From: Penicillus capitatus | Lineage: Eukaryota > Plantae > Chlorophyta | Length of the DNA: 64,000 nucleotides | Direction: 5' to 3' | NCBI GenBank assembly: GCA_965649825.1 | Contig: OZ287694.1 | Coordinates: forward strand, 2,214,640 to 2,278,639 | In this document: positions 24,662 through 37,787 of the stretch, piece by piece | How positions within the stretch are numbered: the first letter of the stretch is position 1 | How the letters are laid out: every line of letters begins with the position of its first letter | Translations under genes and position numbers: made by a program | Notes under the pieces: model-generated | Told to the model about the DNA's origin: nothing | Databases searched by the model: none | The model's input: only the letters and a program-made list of their open reading frames with translations

Positions 24662-27600
24662 ATGGACCGACCGGGTTCAGCTTCGCGGGACAAAGACGAA
24701 GGAAGACACAATCCCTCCATACACCGAGATACGGTGTCGTTCTCGACATCTTCACAATGGACCTCAGTCGACTCCTGGGATTCCCTGGCATCTCCAGGTA
24801 ATCCTCACACAAAGCGCATGGCGTGCTCTCTACGACGCTCGCGAAGCTTTGCTGTCGAATGGGTCGGCTCTCCGGTAACCATGGGCAGAGATGGATGGAC
24901 AGAGAAGGCCAGACCTGAAGGCGGAAGCTGACAGTGTGTATTGTTTCAGGTGCCGGCGGCCGCGAGACGGACACGAGGTTCCTGAAGACCGGCGTCATGC
25001 GTCACGGTCTTCTGCGTTTTGACATCCCGCCTGCCACATCGGATGGCTCCACCGAACTGCGCTTCGCCTTCTCCGACGACGGGACGCGTCTACTGACGTG
25101 GGACAGTGGATGCTTTCGGTGAGGTCACCTCGTCGTCGCTTGCTCCAGTGACTTTGCGATGACAGTGTGTGGCAAACAAATGACTTCACCATGCAATGCT
25201 GCTCGAGATACAGGACAAAGAAATCCGTCCTCAATGTCCGATTCGACGGACAATCCTCGTCCACCTTTGCAGCCCTGTTTGCTGACTGGAGTGTGTCGAC
25301 CTATGCGGTGCGAAACGCGGCGACGGGAATGGAGATCAAGGAATGTCCTCAGCTGTCCAATGTGGATGAGGATGAGCGAGAGGTGTTCGATTCGGAGGAT
25401 GGGACGAGGACGGAGTTTCTGGAGACTGAGTTATCCGAGTCTGCCTTGAGCCGCGCGATCTCGGCGCTGAATGCACCGGACTGGAAGGAGGAGACCGTTA
25501 CGCTGCTGTCCGCTAAAGAGGCGGCGCGTCACATGCTGCCTTCAACGGATTTCCCCCGGGACATCGCTCCTTTCTGTGTGCGAGTTGGCAGGAATGGCGT
25601 TGTGTTGGTGGTCGTTGCCGAGGATGGCCATGCGGGAGAAAACGACAACACCTACGTGCAGTTGCACCACAGCGACACGGAGAATGGACGGCAGACAGTC
25701 GAACGTCTGGGCGGCAGCGATGGAAGGTTTGCAGAAGACGGACAGTTCATCGTCTCCTGGGATGGCTGCACGAGCAACGCCCCGGAGAACCGAAGAAGCG
25801 TCTATGTCTACAAGACGTCGGACATCGTCCAGAACAAGCCATCGACTGGGAGACAGCTGATAAACCTCTTCCGTAAGGAGGCTCCTGAAATGCATGCAAA
25901 GCGGCTCAACGTGCCCGAAAACACTGTGCTCCTCGAAGCGCGACTTCTCCTCGACCAGAACAGCAGTTCTCGCCGTCCGACTCAGTTGGCGACCGCATCG
26001 CTCCTGATGCTCTGTCAGGTGAACTGGTCTGCGACGGCCAAGATATATGTTATGAGTCTGAAGACGGAGACCGTCTGCTTCCGACTGGACTTCGGAATGT
26101 CATTCATCCACGAGCTCGAGTCGCCGAAGGAGCTCGTAAAGAGACTGAGCGATCAAAGCCTGTTCGTCCTGTCGCCCAACCAGAGGTGGATCTACCTGTC
26201 CAAGCACGACCAGAAGAAAGGAACGGTCTACTCAGTCAAGGACGGGTGTCCTGTGCTGGAGGTTGACTGGAGCGACGACGATGACTTCGAGCCGCTGCGC
26301 TCAAAGTTCGACTCTTCTGGTCGACACCTGTTGCTGGAAGACGGCAAGAGAATAAAAGTCCTCGTGCTGAACCAGCACGACGACATCGTCGACTCGGCGA
26401 TTCGAGAAGTCATTTCGCCGGACGCTCACTCGGTGCTGGAATTCTACGCCCAGTATGACAGAAGGAAGCTCGGCAAGATGCTGTCGGAGGCTCTGTCGCT
26501 GCGAGGGGATCTCGGACAAAGGGTGACAACCATGCTGGGAGATGGTCTCTTCGCTGCCATCCGGGACAAGATCAAGACCGTCAAGCATTTCGTGGATGTG
26601 ATCGTCTCTCCAGACAGATCGCTGGTGGCCTTCGTGGCCAACGGAGACACTGTCCGCATAGAGATCTACAGTTGGGAAAAGAGTGGTGAGAGTCACGGTG
26701 CCCTTAAAATGATGAGGAGCTTGGACGTTCCCGACCTCGTGTTGTTGGATTCCTATGGCGATAGGGTTGGAATGTTCACGAAGCGCGGAGACTGTCGCGA
26801 GTTCACCTACCTGAACCCGCAGGCAGAGAACGTCTTCGTTGTCAAAGTGAACGTCGATGACGAAGGCTCGCAGAACATCAGCGAGCTCTCTAAGAAAGAT
26901 GGTATGTTTCTGAGTGTGATGAAGCTGACGGCAGATGGATCCAAAGCGCTGGTCGTCTACCACAACGGTCAGTTCTTGGTGCTATCGCTGGAGAAAGGAA
27001 TCCGTACGTGGATGAAAGGAAGCTTCGCCTGTGCAACGGGTGTCCACAACTTTGTGGATCACTTCCTGCGCGACGCTTTCATCTACATCTCAGAAGACGA
27101 CAAGACGATGACGATCGGCTGGGACTCCGTGGCCCGCAAACCGCTGTCCGTCCCCCTCGAGGGTTGCCGTCGGACCACTGCCGCTGCCATCAACAAAGTT
27201 GTGAGAAACACGCCTCTGTGCAACCTTGGTAATGTCGTGTGGATGAACCGCTCTCGGACGAGGGCCATCGTCAGTGCAACGCGAAAGGATGTAGAAGACC
27301 TGCTGGTTTATGATATCAGTGGTAAGTTTGTTGCTCTCTTCGGAGTATTTGTGACGCTGAAATCACAGGTCCCCGAAACACAGAAATCAAACACATCACC
27401 ACCGCCTTTGTTCCCGGGGCGGTAAGCATCAATTCCAAACAGTGTCTTGCCCATTCCCCCACCCTCGTCAACTGCAGAAGCTTCTCAGAGACCAAAGCCT
27501 TCGTCGCAAGCGTTGTACTCCTCTGGCAAGAAGCTCTGCCGCATTATTCTGTGTTGGATCTCTTCGATATCGAGTTAGACGACGACATCGCCCAAGGGTA

Positions 27601-29597
27601 CGTCATTTCTCACCCGTGGCCAGATCCTGGTTAGCTCTTAATTGGCTGCGTGTCTTCTATTAGGTTGATCGACAAGTTCGGTGCAAACCTCATCAACACA
27701 GCAGAGGGTCAAGGCGGTTCGCTCATCCACTACGCGGTGACGCGAGGATACCTTGGTCCAGCCAATCTCCTCTTCGAGTTCGCCGCCGAGAGGCACATCC
27801 CTGTGAAGCTGAGCTGGGGCAGCTCCGATCTTTTGGGCCATGTCGCCGAGATCGACAATCCCGATCCCGTTCGATTTGTCCTGGAGAAGCTTCTGAATAA
27901 ATGCACCTCTGCGTCAGAGACTGCGAGACTCTTGAGTCAGCACTTCGAGAAGCTCCTCAAGAAGCACAGACATCTCGTCATCGATCACCTCGAACACGAT
28001 CGTTTCTGCTGCGAGTACGGGACCTTCCTCGTCCCTGAGCGACTCTTCGATGGCGACCAGAAGATGCCGATCGCTATGACCGACAACAACGCGATCGAAT
28101 GGCAGATGTCCGACAGCGAAGCTCGAGATCTGTGGAAGCGAAACCATCCAGTCGTTGCCGAACACCTGAGTCATCCCTCCGGTACTCAGATCCCTGCCGT
28201 CGCCCGAGTGATCTGCTTCGAGCAATGCGTTCGCCGGAATCGCCAAAACTTCCTGCGCCATGTCTCTCGCGCCAAGAAACTCTCACCGTCGGTGTTCAAG
28301 TCGAAGATGGTGATCTCACTGGTGCAGTGGCTATGGTATAAGTACTTTCGACGTTGTTGCATCTTCTCTATCTGTTTGCACCTCGCAGCGACATTCTTTT
28401 TCAGTCTATTCATCGGCTGGTGCGACAGCGACCATGAAGGAGGACAGGCGTTCGCTTTCTTGTTTCTACTTGCCGCAATAGCCCTCCTACTTTCCCATGC
28501 AACCCAGTCACTACATCGTCGAAGAACGCAAGCATCTCACGCTCTCCCTGAGATCTTCTTGGCGAGGTTCTGTGTGTTCTAGGTGCACTCTGTTTCTTGC
28601 TGCCATATATACCCTACTCCACTACTCAATCATGCTCGTCGACGATTCCAACATCAGCAGCTTCTTTGCGTTCGCCGTTTCGCTTGAATCGATCTTCATG
28701 TGGCTCACGGTAAGTGTCTATCCTAACTCTTTAAGATTCGTAAACGATCGTGAAGATGATTTGGGACTTTCGCTGCCTAGGTGTTGCAATACTGTCGGCC
28801 TTTTGAGATGATCGGACCGCTGGTCATTCTTATGGCCAATCTATTGGACAGCATTGTACCATTTACCCTTCTGCTCTTGACAACCACGTTTGGCTTTTCA
28901 CTGGCCTTCCGTATTCTGTTCTCTAAAAAAGTGGACGATATTCCCCAGGACGTACACGACTTCGATTCCACCATACGCATCGCGGAGACCCTGTTCTTCT
29001 CGACGATTGGAAACATCGAAGCCGACGTTGGCATCCTCTATGTGTCTCCCCTACTGAGTTGCTCTTTGCTTCGCAGGCTTTCTATTTGGAGACTAGCTTT
29101 CTATCTGTGTGGCGATCGCTGTTGTACATCGTGTTCCTTTTCGTTTCGATGATCGTGCTCTTCAATCTGATGGTGACGATCTTGTCCGATGCTTACGAGC
29201 GTGTACAGATGGCGGCGAATGAACGCAAGATCAAAGCACGCGCCGACATCGTTGTCACGTGGAGCTCCCTTTACTACAGAATTGACAGAAAACTGTGAGA
29301 TCTCTGCCAGCAGAGTATACCCTTTCTTAGTGATTCTTGTTGTCCAGGAATAGGGAAGGTGCTTACTTTCATTACTTGGTGCCTGCCGATGATCGCTCAA
29401 TGGAAAGAGAAGATCAGTGGGAGGGAAGAATAAACGAGGTCTGGAAGATGCTCAGCTCGACACAGCAGAGAATGGAAGATCAGATTAAGACAATGGCGAC
29501 CAGGAATGAGACGATGATGGCATCTCTTCAGAAGCAGATGGAGGAGATGGAGCAACGACTGACTATTACTCAACGTCCGACTGACCCAGGAAACTGA
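24662..29597 (+). CDS. TRP-like cation channel with N-terminal WD40-like propeller region and ankyrin-like repeat
   Basis: Blade-like motifs FSDDGTRLLTWD, FAEDGQFIVSWD, LSPNQRWI, FDSSGRHL, VSPDRSLVAF; ankyrin-like GSLIHYAVTRG; S4-S6 region RPFEMIGPLVILM...FSLAFRILF...LFFSTIG...LFNLMVTILSDAYERV; C-terminal coiled coil. Confidence 0.8.
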
Positions 29598-30139
29598 GAA
29601 AATTCACGAGTGTGTCGAGTTCCCTGTTGTCGGCGGCGGCGCCGCCGCCTGTCATGAAACCAGTTCACAATTTTCTGGGTCTGGTGCATTTTTCTTCCTT
29701 CGTGTTATGTATGACTCTTTGTGGCACGATCGTTATTTCTATCTGAAAGAAAGCAGGCTCGGGCAACAAAATGGCTGTGATTTCTCTCGAAGATGTGCCA
29801 CAAAGTCAGAAGATTGAACGACGTCCTTTGAGTTAAGAATCCTTTGGACAGCTATGGAATCCCTTTGAATCGATTGTGCGATACAACTGTTAAGGTCGGG
29901 AGCTTGTTTGAAGGATTTGATTAACATGCCTGTCAAATCGCCAATCCGAACTCTGACCGAAAGACGTCACTTCCATGCAAAGTCGTCATCCGAACGCAGC
30001 GTTAGTGTGCGGTTCTTCTATCGCGTCTCCGTCCAGTCCTTTGCACTCGACAAAGACGCACGACGGTTAAACATACCTTCATTTTCCAAACACCGGCATT
30101 CAAGCGACGACCGTTCGCCGTATCCATTCGCACGGAGAC

Positions 30140-31181
30140 ATGAGAGAAGAGCCGCAGAAGACGGCGCATTTCTACCTCGGCGTCGCCACTGGGCAACTCA
30201 TCGGCATCGTCGGCGCCATAGGAGGTAACCTTCCGTTCAGCTTCCCCATCCCGTCCCTTCCGTCTTCTCTCCACAGGGACATGCATGGAGCTCCTAGGAG
30301 ACGATTCCCTGCCGATGTTCATGGCCACCTGTACCTACCTCCTACTCGTCTGCCTTCCTGGATCCTGGATGATCAGACATCGCGGCTTCCGTCTTTCCGC
30401 TCCGTGGTGGAAATACGCCCTGCTCGCTCTACTGGACGTTGCCGCCGCCTACTTCACACTCCTAGCCTTGCGCTACACCACCGTCACCAGTTGGGCCCTG
30501 ATGCAGCCGGCCAGTCTCATCACCGTCGTCCCTCTCTCCATCTTCCTCCTCGACGCATCCTACACTTGGAAGCACCTCAGTTCTGGCCTCCTTGCCATCG
30601 CTGGCCTCATTTTGCTCCTTTTGTCAGACGTCCATAGCGATGACGACGACGCCAAGCATCCCGCCGCCATCAAACTCTCTGGAGATCTCTGCGCCCTGCT
30701 CGGCACATCGCTCTACGGAGCCAACGGCGTTTTGGTCGAGAGCGTCATCAAAGGCAACGTCCCACAGTACGAAGTGCTGAGCATGATGGGCGGTTTCGGT
30801 TTTCTCTATGGCCTCGTAGCCGCCATCTCCTTCGGCGAGATCTCCGGTCACATGTTCCCCACCAGGGCGATTCCGGCGTACATGGCAGTAACCGTCACCG
30901 CGAACTTTGCCTTCTATCTCCTGGGCATCGTCGTTCTGCAGCACGCTGGCGCCGCTGTGCTGCAGATCAGTCTGCTATCGACGAATTTCTGGTCGGTCAT
31001 CGGCAAGATCTTCATCCTGGGCGGATTTCACACCAACGTCGTGGGATTCTTCTTTGCGCTGTTGCTGGTGATCTCAGGGGTCACTCTTTTCACTCTTTCT
31101 GGCGATCCCTATACCAAACACGCCATTCCATATACGGCTCTGGAATCGGAGATGTCACGAACAGCTACGCCGCCTCGGTAA
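30140..31181 (+). CDS. SLC35F1/F2-like (DUF914) solute carrier
   Basis: PWWKYALLALLDVAAAYFTLLALRYTTVTSWALM...GDLCALLGTSLYGANGVLVE; about 10 TM segments; one intron. Confidence 0.85.
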
Positions 31182-31315
31182 CGCCATGCAGCTGTCACAT
31201 CGTACGTACCGATTGCCTTTCCACATCGTGGCGGCACGCGTCCCGTTCTTCGCGTTGAACGTTTCCTTCTTCGTTTTGTGGATCTGATTGTGCGTACGTG
31301 CAGGCGTCACTCCTC

Positions 31316-32457
31316 ATGGCCCTGCGTCGCTTAATGATGCACATCCCCGACTGGTACCTCCCCTCTACTCCTCCCTTGCTCATCCCCTCCTAGGTGGTCC
31401 GACGCAAACGACGACCTACACAACGGCTGCGATGACTGGTACACGTGTTACTGGTATTACCTCTGTGCCGTCTACGCCATCATCGGCATCGCTGCATGGG
31501 TAAGGCGTCGTCGATGCCGTGTATGGATTCCGATGCCCGTGGCCACGTAGATTCAACTGACGCGTATCGAATTGCGTGTTCCAGATTACGGCTGGACGAC
31601 GCAGAAGGTCTTCCACTTCTTGAATTTCCTCATCTGTCTGCTCCGTGCCCTCACCTTTGGGCTGTATTCTTACCTGGACGATCTGGAGAAGTCCATCGGG
31701 TCCTATACAGTGCAGCTCTTCATTTTCGATTTAGCAAGTACGGCCGGTCACTCTTTCTCACACTTTGCTCCTGACTGGCGGCGCTGATGCTTAGGTCTGC
31801 TTTTCTTTACTACCTACACTCTTCTGGTTCTCTTCTGGGCGGAGATCTATCACCAGGCGCTCAGTGCCGAGAACCAACAGCTGCGTCCCAAATTCTTTAC
31901 CGTCAACCTCGTCGTCTACTGCATCCAGGTCACATCATCTCACTCTTTTTTTCGCTCACTCTACCTTTCTTAGGGCATCCTCTGGCTCCTGACCATTCCC
32001 GATTTCTCCGATGATACTGCGCGCTACATTTCTGCTGCGTGGCTCACGTTCGTCTTCGTCTGTGCCGTCGTCGGATTTCTGGTCTATGGCGGCCGCCTCT
32101 TCTATATGCTGACGAAGTTCCCCATCGAATCGCGCGGCCGCAAGAAGAAGCTGCAGGAAGTGGGCATCATCGCCCTCGTCTGCTCTATCTGTTTCATCGC
32201 CAGGTCACACCCATCCCTCACTCTTTTCCCCACTGACGTCACATCATTGCAGAGCCGCCTTCATGTTCATGTACATCCTGGACGACGATGACTTCGATCT
32301 GGATCTCATGGGCGACGACCTCCTTAACATCATCTTCTACGCCCTTTGCGAAATCTGCCCTGCCATTTGCGTCTTGATCATTCTCCGCAAGCTGCCGCCC
32401 AGGAGAACCAAGTCTATGTCCGCCGGCTATGCACCGATTGACGATACACGCACCTGA
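31316..32457 (+). CDS. TOM1: Tobamovirus multiplication protein 1-like 7-TM protein (DUF1084)
   Basis: [25 protein letters not shown]; [13 protein letters not shown]; [27 protein letters not shown]; [11 protein letters not shown]. Confidence 0.9.
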
Positions 32458-32584
32458 GGCGCTTGAATGCATCGTGGTTGTGGTCGATGGAGGGATGGGC
32501 GACCGAATGGATGGTGGATTGAATCATTTGTTCATTTGCCAACACGTTTTCGCGTCCCTGCGTGCGTTCGTGCGTTCGTTCGCG

Positions 32585-35500
32585 ATGGCCGTCGTTACCA
32601 GCTCGGCCGGATTGCTCTCGCTGCTCTCCGAAGACGACGAGCGTCTGAAGCTCTACGCCTTGCAGCACCTCGATACCATTGTCCACGAATTCTGGTTCCA
32701 AATCTCAAGCGCCATTACGGCGGTGGAGCAGCTCTATGAAGACCAACGCTTCTCCCATCGCCCTCTCGCCGCCCTCGTCGCCTCCAAGGTCTACTACTAC
32801 CTTGGCGAACTGCGCGATGCCTTAGACTACGCTCTTGGCGCCGGAGAGCTCTTCGATATCAACGACTCCTCATCGGAGTACGTCAAGACGCTGCTCTCCT
32901 GTGCACTGGACCTATATTTCGAGAACCAAGCCAAAGAGGAAGCGTCCGATCCCCGTCTGGTCGAAGTGGTCGAGCGTCTTCTGCGACGCTGTTGTGAAGA
33001 GAAGGCATTTGAACAGGCCGTTGGGATCGCCCTCGAGGCCCGGCGGCTGGATCTCTTCCGAGCCATCTGTCACGAGAGCCCACGGCCGCGGGAGCTCCTG
33101 GCATACGCTCTGCGCATTGCCCAGCGTCTCCTACCGTCCAAGGCGTTTCGACGTGACGTGCTGGTGCTGCTCGTTGAGCTTTATGAGACGATGCCTCAGC
33201 CGGACTGGTCCAATGTCTGCCATTGCCTGTCGCTGCTGAAACAGCCAGAGCAGCTGGCACGCATTTTGATGCGACTGCTGAAGGGAACAACGAATGAGAC
33301 GCTTCTGGCTTACCAGATCGGATTCGATCTCGTCGAGAACGAAGTGCAGAAGTTTATCAAGACGGTTCAGGAGACGCTGGCGGCGACGGCAGAGACGACC
33401 GAGTCGACCGAACCGGCCGTGCTGCAGAAAAGGGTCGAGAGTCTGAAGAGCATCATTTCGGGACGGGCAACGATCAAACTGCATCTCGATTTTCTATACA
33501 GGTAGCTTCCTATCAGCTTCGCTGTCTCCGAGCATCGTAGATGGGGCGCTGTGGTGGTCTAGTCATAATCATGCGGATCTGCAGCTGCTGAAGAACGTCA
33601 AACAGGTGGTCGATTCGCGACAGAGTGTGTGTCACTCGGCGACGGTCTTTGCCAATGCGATGATGCATTGCGGCACGACGGTGGATACGTTTCTGAGGGA
33701 GAATCTGGAATGGCTGTCCCGTGCGACCAACTGGGCAAAGTTCAGCGCCACGGCTGGACTCGGCGTGATACACAAAGGTCCGCCAGATCGCACTCTTTGG
33801 ATTTCGTTGAGGGTATGTGTGTGCGGCAGGGCATTTGGAAAATGGATTGGCATTGATGGCGCCGTATCTGCCGCCGAACGGCAATTCGGAATCGCCCTAC
33901 TCGGAAGGCGGCGCGCTGTTCGCCCTGGGTCTCATCCACGCCAACCACGGCCACGGCATCCAAGTCCACTGACTTCACATCTCACACAAATAAGTGTGAC
34001 CAAAATGGCTGCCGCTTTGCGTTCAGGATTTTTTGCTGACGGCGCTGAGGGACGCACAGAACGAAGTGATTCAGCACGGTGTGTGTCTGGGGCTCGGTAT
34101 CGCGGCCTTGGGTACAGACTCGGCCGAGATTTCGGAACTCATCAAGACGACCCTCTATTCAGGTCCCGTCCCCCAAAACCGCTCTTCCTTGCTCAGCTGC
34201 GATGGTTCGGTAGATAGCGCAGTGGCGGGTCAGGCGGCCGGTATCGCCTTGGGACTGATCCACATTGGCAGCGCCTCGGAGATGACGACCGATCTGTTGT
34301 CCTACACCCACGAGACGCAGCACGAGAAGATCATTCTGGGCGTCGCTATGGGACTGGCGCTGATGATGTATGGACAGGAAGAGGGAGCGGAGACGCTCAT
34401 CGAACAGATGACCATGGATCAAGATCCCATTCTGCGCTACGCTGGGATGTTTGTCATCGGCTTGGCCTACGCCGGCACTGATCACAACGGCGCCATTCAG
34501 AAGCTGCTGCACTTCGCCGTGAGCGATGTCAGCGACGACGTGCGTCGTGCTGCCGTCCTCTGTCTCGGATTCGTTTTGCTCGGCCTTCCGGATCGATGCC
34601 CACGAATGGTCTCCCTCCTTTCCGAGTCTTACAACCCGCACGTGCGCTACGGCGCTGCGATGGCGATGGGGATCGCCTGCGGCGGGACCGGCCTCAAAGA
34701 AGCGCAGAATCTGCTGCAGCCGATGCTGTCCGATCCCGTCGATGTCGTCCGTCAGGGAGCCCTCATCGCCATGGCTCTGATCCTGGTCCAGTCGCCCGAA
34801 TCTCAAGTCGCCTCGTTTCGCAAGACGCTGGAAAAGTTCATCGCCGACAAGACAGAAGAGACCATGTGTCGTATGGGCGCCATCCTGGCCGCCGGGATCC
34901 TGGACGCCGGCGGGCGCAATCTCACCGTTGGCTGTCGTTCCCCTTCTGGAGCCCTTCGCCGAGCCTCGGTCGTCGGACTGGCGCTGTTCATACAGTACTG
35001 GTACTGGTATCCGCTCTCCTACTTCCTCAGCCTCGTCTTTCAACCGGCGGCTCTTATTGGCCTCAACGAAAACCTGGACGTGCCGAAGTTCGACATCCGG
35101 TGTGCCTGCAAGAAATCGTTCTTCGCTTATCCTTCCCTTCTCGTCGAGGAAGTCAGCGAGCGTTCCGGGAAGAAACTCCCGACGGCTGTGCTCTCGACGA
35201 CGGAACGCGCGAAGGAACGTGCCAAGAAGAAGGAACAGGAGAAGAAATCGAGCAGAGATCCGGGACCGTCAACCACTCCGATGGACGTCGATACCAAACC
35301 CACATCGCCCAAACCCGCCGCCACTTCCTCATCGACGGCCAAACGCAGCGAGCCAGAATCGCACGTGGTGGAGAATCCGGCCAGAGTCGTGCCGCAGCAA
35401 GAGACGTTCATCGGATTCCCCGAAGGCAGTCGTTGGATGCCGGTCAAATCCGACGCCCGTTCCGGCATCCTCATCCTTCGCGATACGAAACCGAACGAGG

Positions 35501-35637
35501 CGTTCGAGACCATCGGCGACGGCGTCCATGCGAAGAAGAAGGACGAGACGGGCAGCGCCACGGCCGATGCCGATCTGATGGACATCGATGCTGCACCGGG
35601 GCCCAAGCCGTTCGAGTACATCCCGGACGATGATTAG
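32585..35637 (+). CDS. RPN2: 26S proteasome regulatory subunit RPN2 (PSMD1)
   Basis: [11 protein letters not shown]...[12 protein letters not shown]; [25 protein letters not shown]; PC repeats [25 protein letters not shown]; [10 protein letters not shown]. Confidence 0.97.
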
Positions 35638-35718
35638 ACGTCGCGTTGACGACCTGTCCCATCATTAAGCGACCAATACATGCATGACCTGACGTCACGT
35701 CTCACTGAATTTCCATCG

Positions 35719-37017
35719 ATGTCGCTCGAGACGCAACGTCAACTGCGGGAGAATATCTGCGAAACGCGGGCGTTTGTGGAGGAGCTGTGTCAGTGGCAGC
35801 ACGATGTACGTCAACGCGATGCGGCGCTGCGTCGGTCGACGTCGTCGTCATGGACGGCGTCGCCACGAAACGCGCGACGACGACCCGTCGCCGAGATGGA
35901 ACTCAGTGCCTCTGTCGGTCAGACCGGCGATGTGACAGCTCCTATGCATTCGACCACCGTCGAGCCACACGACGACCCCACGTCGGAAGCGGAGAAACGC
36001 CGCGAGGATGGAAACGTAGCGTTTCGAAAGATGGACTACGCAGAGGCCATTGCCCTCTACTCGGCGTCGCTTCGCATCCAACCGACGAGTCTCAGGTGAA
36101 GTCCGCTCATCTTCCGCGTCTCCTCAGACGACACGCGCCGCCACCCTGGCGTGCGTTGGTGTAGTTATGCGAATCGAGCGATGGCGTATTTGAAGCGGAA
36201 GGCGTTTGCCTTGGCAGAGGCGGATTGCGATTCGGCGTTGGAATTGGATCGGAGTTTGGTGAAGGTCTATCAGCGACGCAGTGCGGCGAGGAGGGAGCAG
36301 GGAAAGATCCAGGAGGCGCTGTTGGATGCAGAGATGGCGCTGCGTTACCTGCCGGAGTCGGATACGATTCGGGCGACGTTCCACGATCTCTTCTCCGAGA
36401 TCCGGCAATCGGAGAACCTCGGCAGCCATGCCACGCGACAGGAGATCCCAGTTCGCACAGTGGACGACTCGGCAACGCCTGCCAAGACGGGGACACCTGT
36501 CACGTCAACCGAGAAGCCAGCAACAAACGTCACATCACCAAAGGAGAGCGCGCCAGCAACGCTTGTGGAGGCAAACGTCACATCACCGACGGCGAAGCCT
36601 GAGGCGTCCGATGGCGAGGTGCTGGTCGGATCGGTTGAGCCCAAAGTGGCGTTGCCGGCCGTTCCTCAGACGTGGGCCGAGTTCGAGTCCGGATACAAGT
36701 CGCTGAAGCATCATAAGGCATGGCTGCGGGAATACTTTGGGGCCATTCCGCCGTCTTCCTTACCCACCCTCATCAAAACCTCCCTCACGGCGCCTATTCT
36801 TGCCTCCCTCCTCAAAGCGGTGCTCTCTGGCCTCGGCGATGCGTCGTCCTCTGTGGACTGGACGTCATTTGCGACGCAGTTACCGTCGATCCCACGCTAT
36901 GAGATGGTGCTCATGTGTCTCACAGCGAAGGACAAGGCCTCGTTAAAACGCCGAGCGCAGCAGCTATCGGCAGCCGTGCAGACAGAACTGGCATCTTTTC
37001 TCAAACCGTTTCTTTAA
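35719..37017 (+). CDS. RPAP3: RNA polymerase II-associated protein 3-like (TPR plus RPAP3 C-terminal domain)
   Basis: N-terminal QRQLRENI...LCQW; TPR KRREDGNVAFRKMDYAEAIALYS...YANRAMAYLK; C-terminal PQTWAEFE...LPSIPRYEMVLMCL. Confidence 0.85.
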
Positions 37018-37034
37018 CACAGTCACCGGCGTCG

Positions 37035-37709
37035 TCAGCCGCACGATTCGGTGCAGCAGGTCTCGACGGCGGGATCGAGTTCCTCTCTGTGATGCAAAAG
37101 GGCGGCCGCCGCCATGAAAGGCTGAAAGCCCATTCCTACCAACTGTTCATACTTTGCCAGAAACGCCGAAACCTGAGTCACACATCTTAAGAGTGAGATA
37201 TCGCGTTATGTACTGTATCCACCTGTTCGTTGGAAGACGACGCGTGTGCGATCAGTGCCATACAGACGGTCTCCCGCGTATGGCCCATCTGAACGAAATG
37301 CGCGATGCGTTGCTCCCAGGGATCGACGATCGGCGCTGTGTGATCCGAGGCACTCATCGTACCGTTCTCCTGCGCACCGGCTGCCGTCTCTTGTCGATGC
37401 TCCGTCAGAAAACGTCGCTCGTAGTCGAAGTCGTACTCAAATCCTGACGTCCGAACCTCCCGAAAGACGTACTTTGTGAAATCGATCTGTTAGGAAGAGT
37501 GAGAAGTGTGAGGGATGATGTGACGGACGCACGGGAGGCGGGAGTTTGAAGCTATCGGCAACTTTGACGCGGAAAACGGAAGAGTGGCTGCCTCCACCGG
37601 AGCGCTGTTCGGCCGAGGACGTCTTCCACAGTCCGCCGACATTTCCCGAGTAGCCGCGTTCTGGCGGCGAGACGTAAGGACCTTGGTAAACGGGCGGGAA
37701 AGGATTCAT
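37035..37709 (-). CDS. UMA plus UBA-domain protein (UBAP1/MVB12-like ESCRT-I subunit)
   Basis: Spliced with 2 introns: MNPFPPVYQGPY...FRVKVADSFKLPPP|IDFTK...FEYDFDYERRFL (UMA-like)...FVQMGHTRETVCMAL...|VSAFLAKYEQLVGMGF (UBA-like). Only fragments appear in the ORF track. Confidence 0.8.
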
Positions 37710-37787
37710 GCTTATATAGGAACACAAAGAGGGATGGGTTTACCCCGAACGTACGCACGCACGCACATACGTCGCGTGTCGTTTCGT

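Noticed and set aside
29632-29649. 18-bp perfect palindrome GGCGGCGGCGCCGCCGCC after the TRP gene
   Set aside because: Low-complexity GCC/GGC junction with a single occurrence and no supporting context.
34159-35043. Long antisense ORFs over RPN2, patatins (45828..47189, 49319..50026), Pmp-like genes and the TRP gene
   Set aside because: Shadow ORFs produced by GC-rich codon usage on the coding strand; no recognisable motifs.
36525-36590. Short internal duplication AACGTCACATCACC in RPAP3 and EVVAE repeats in ORF 52617..53546
   Set aside because: Ordinary slippage in disordered linkers.
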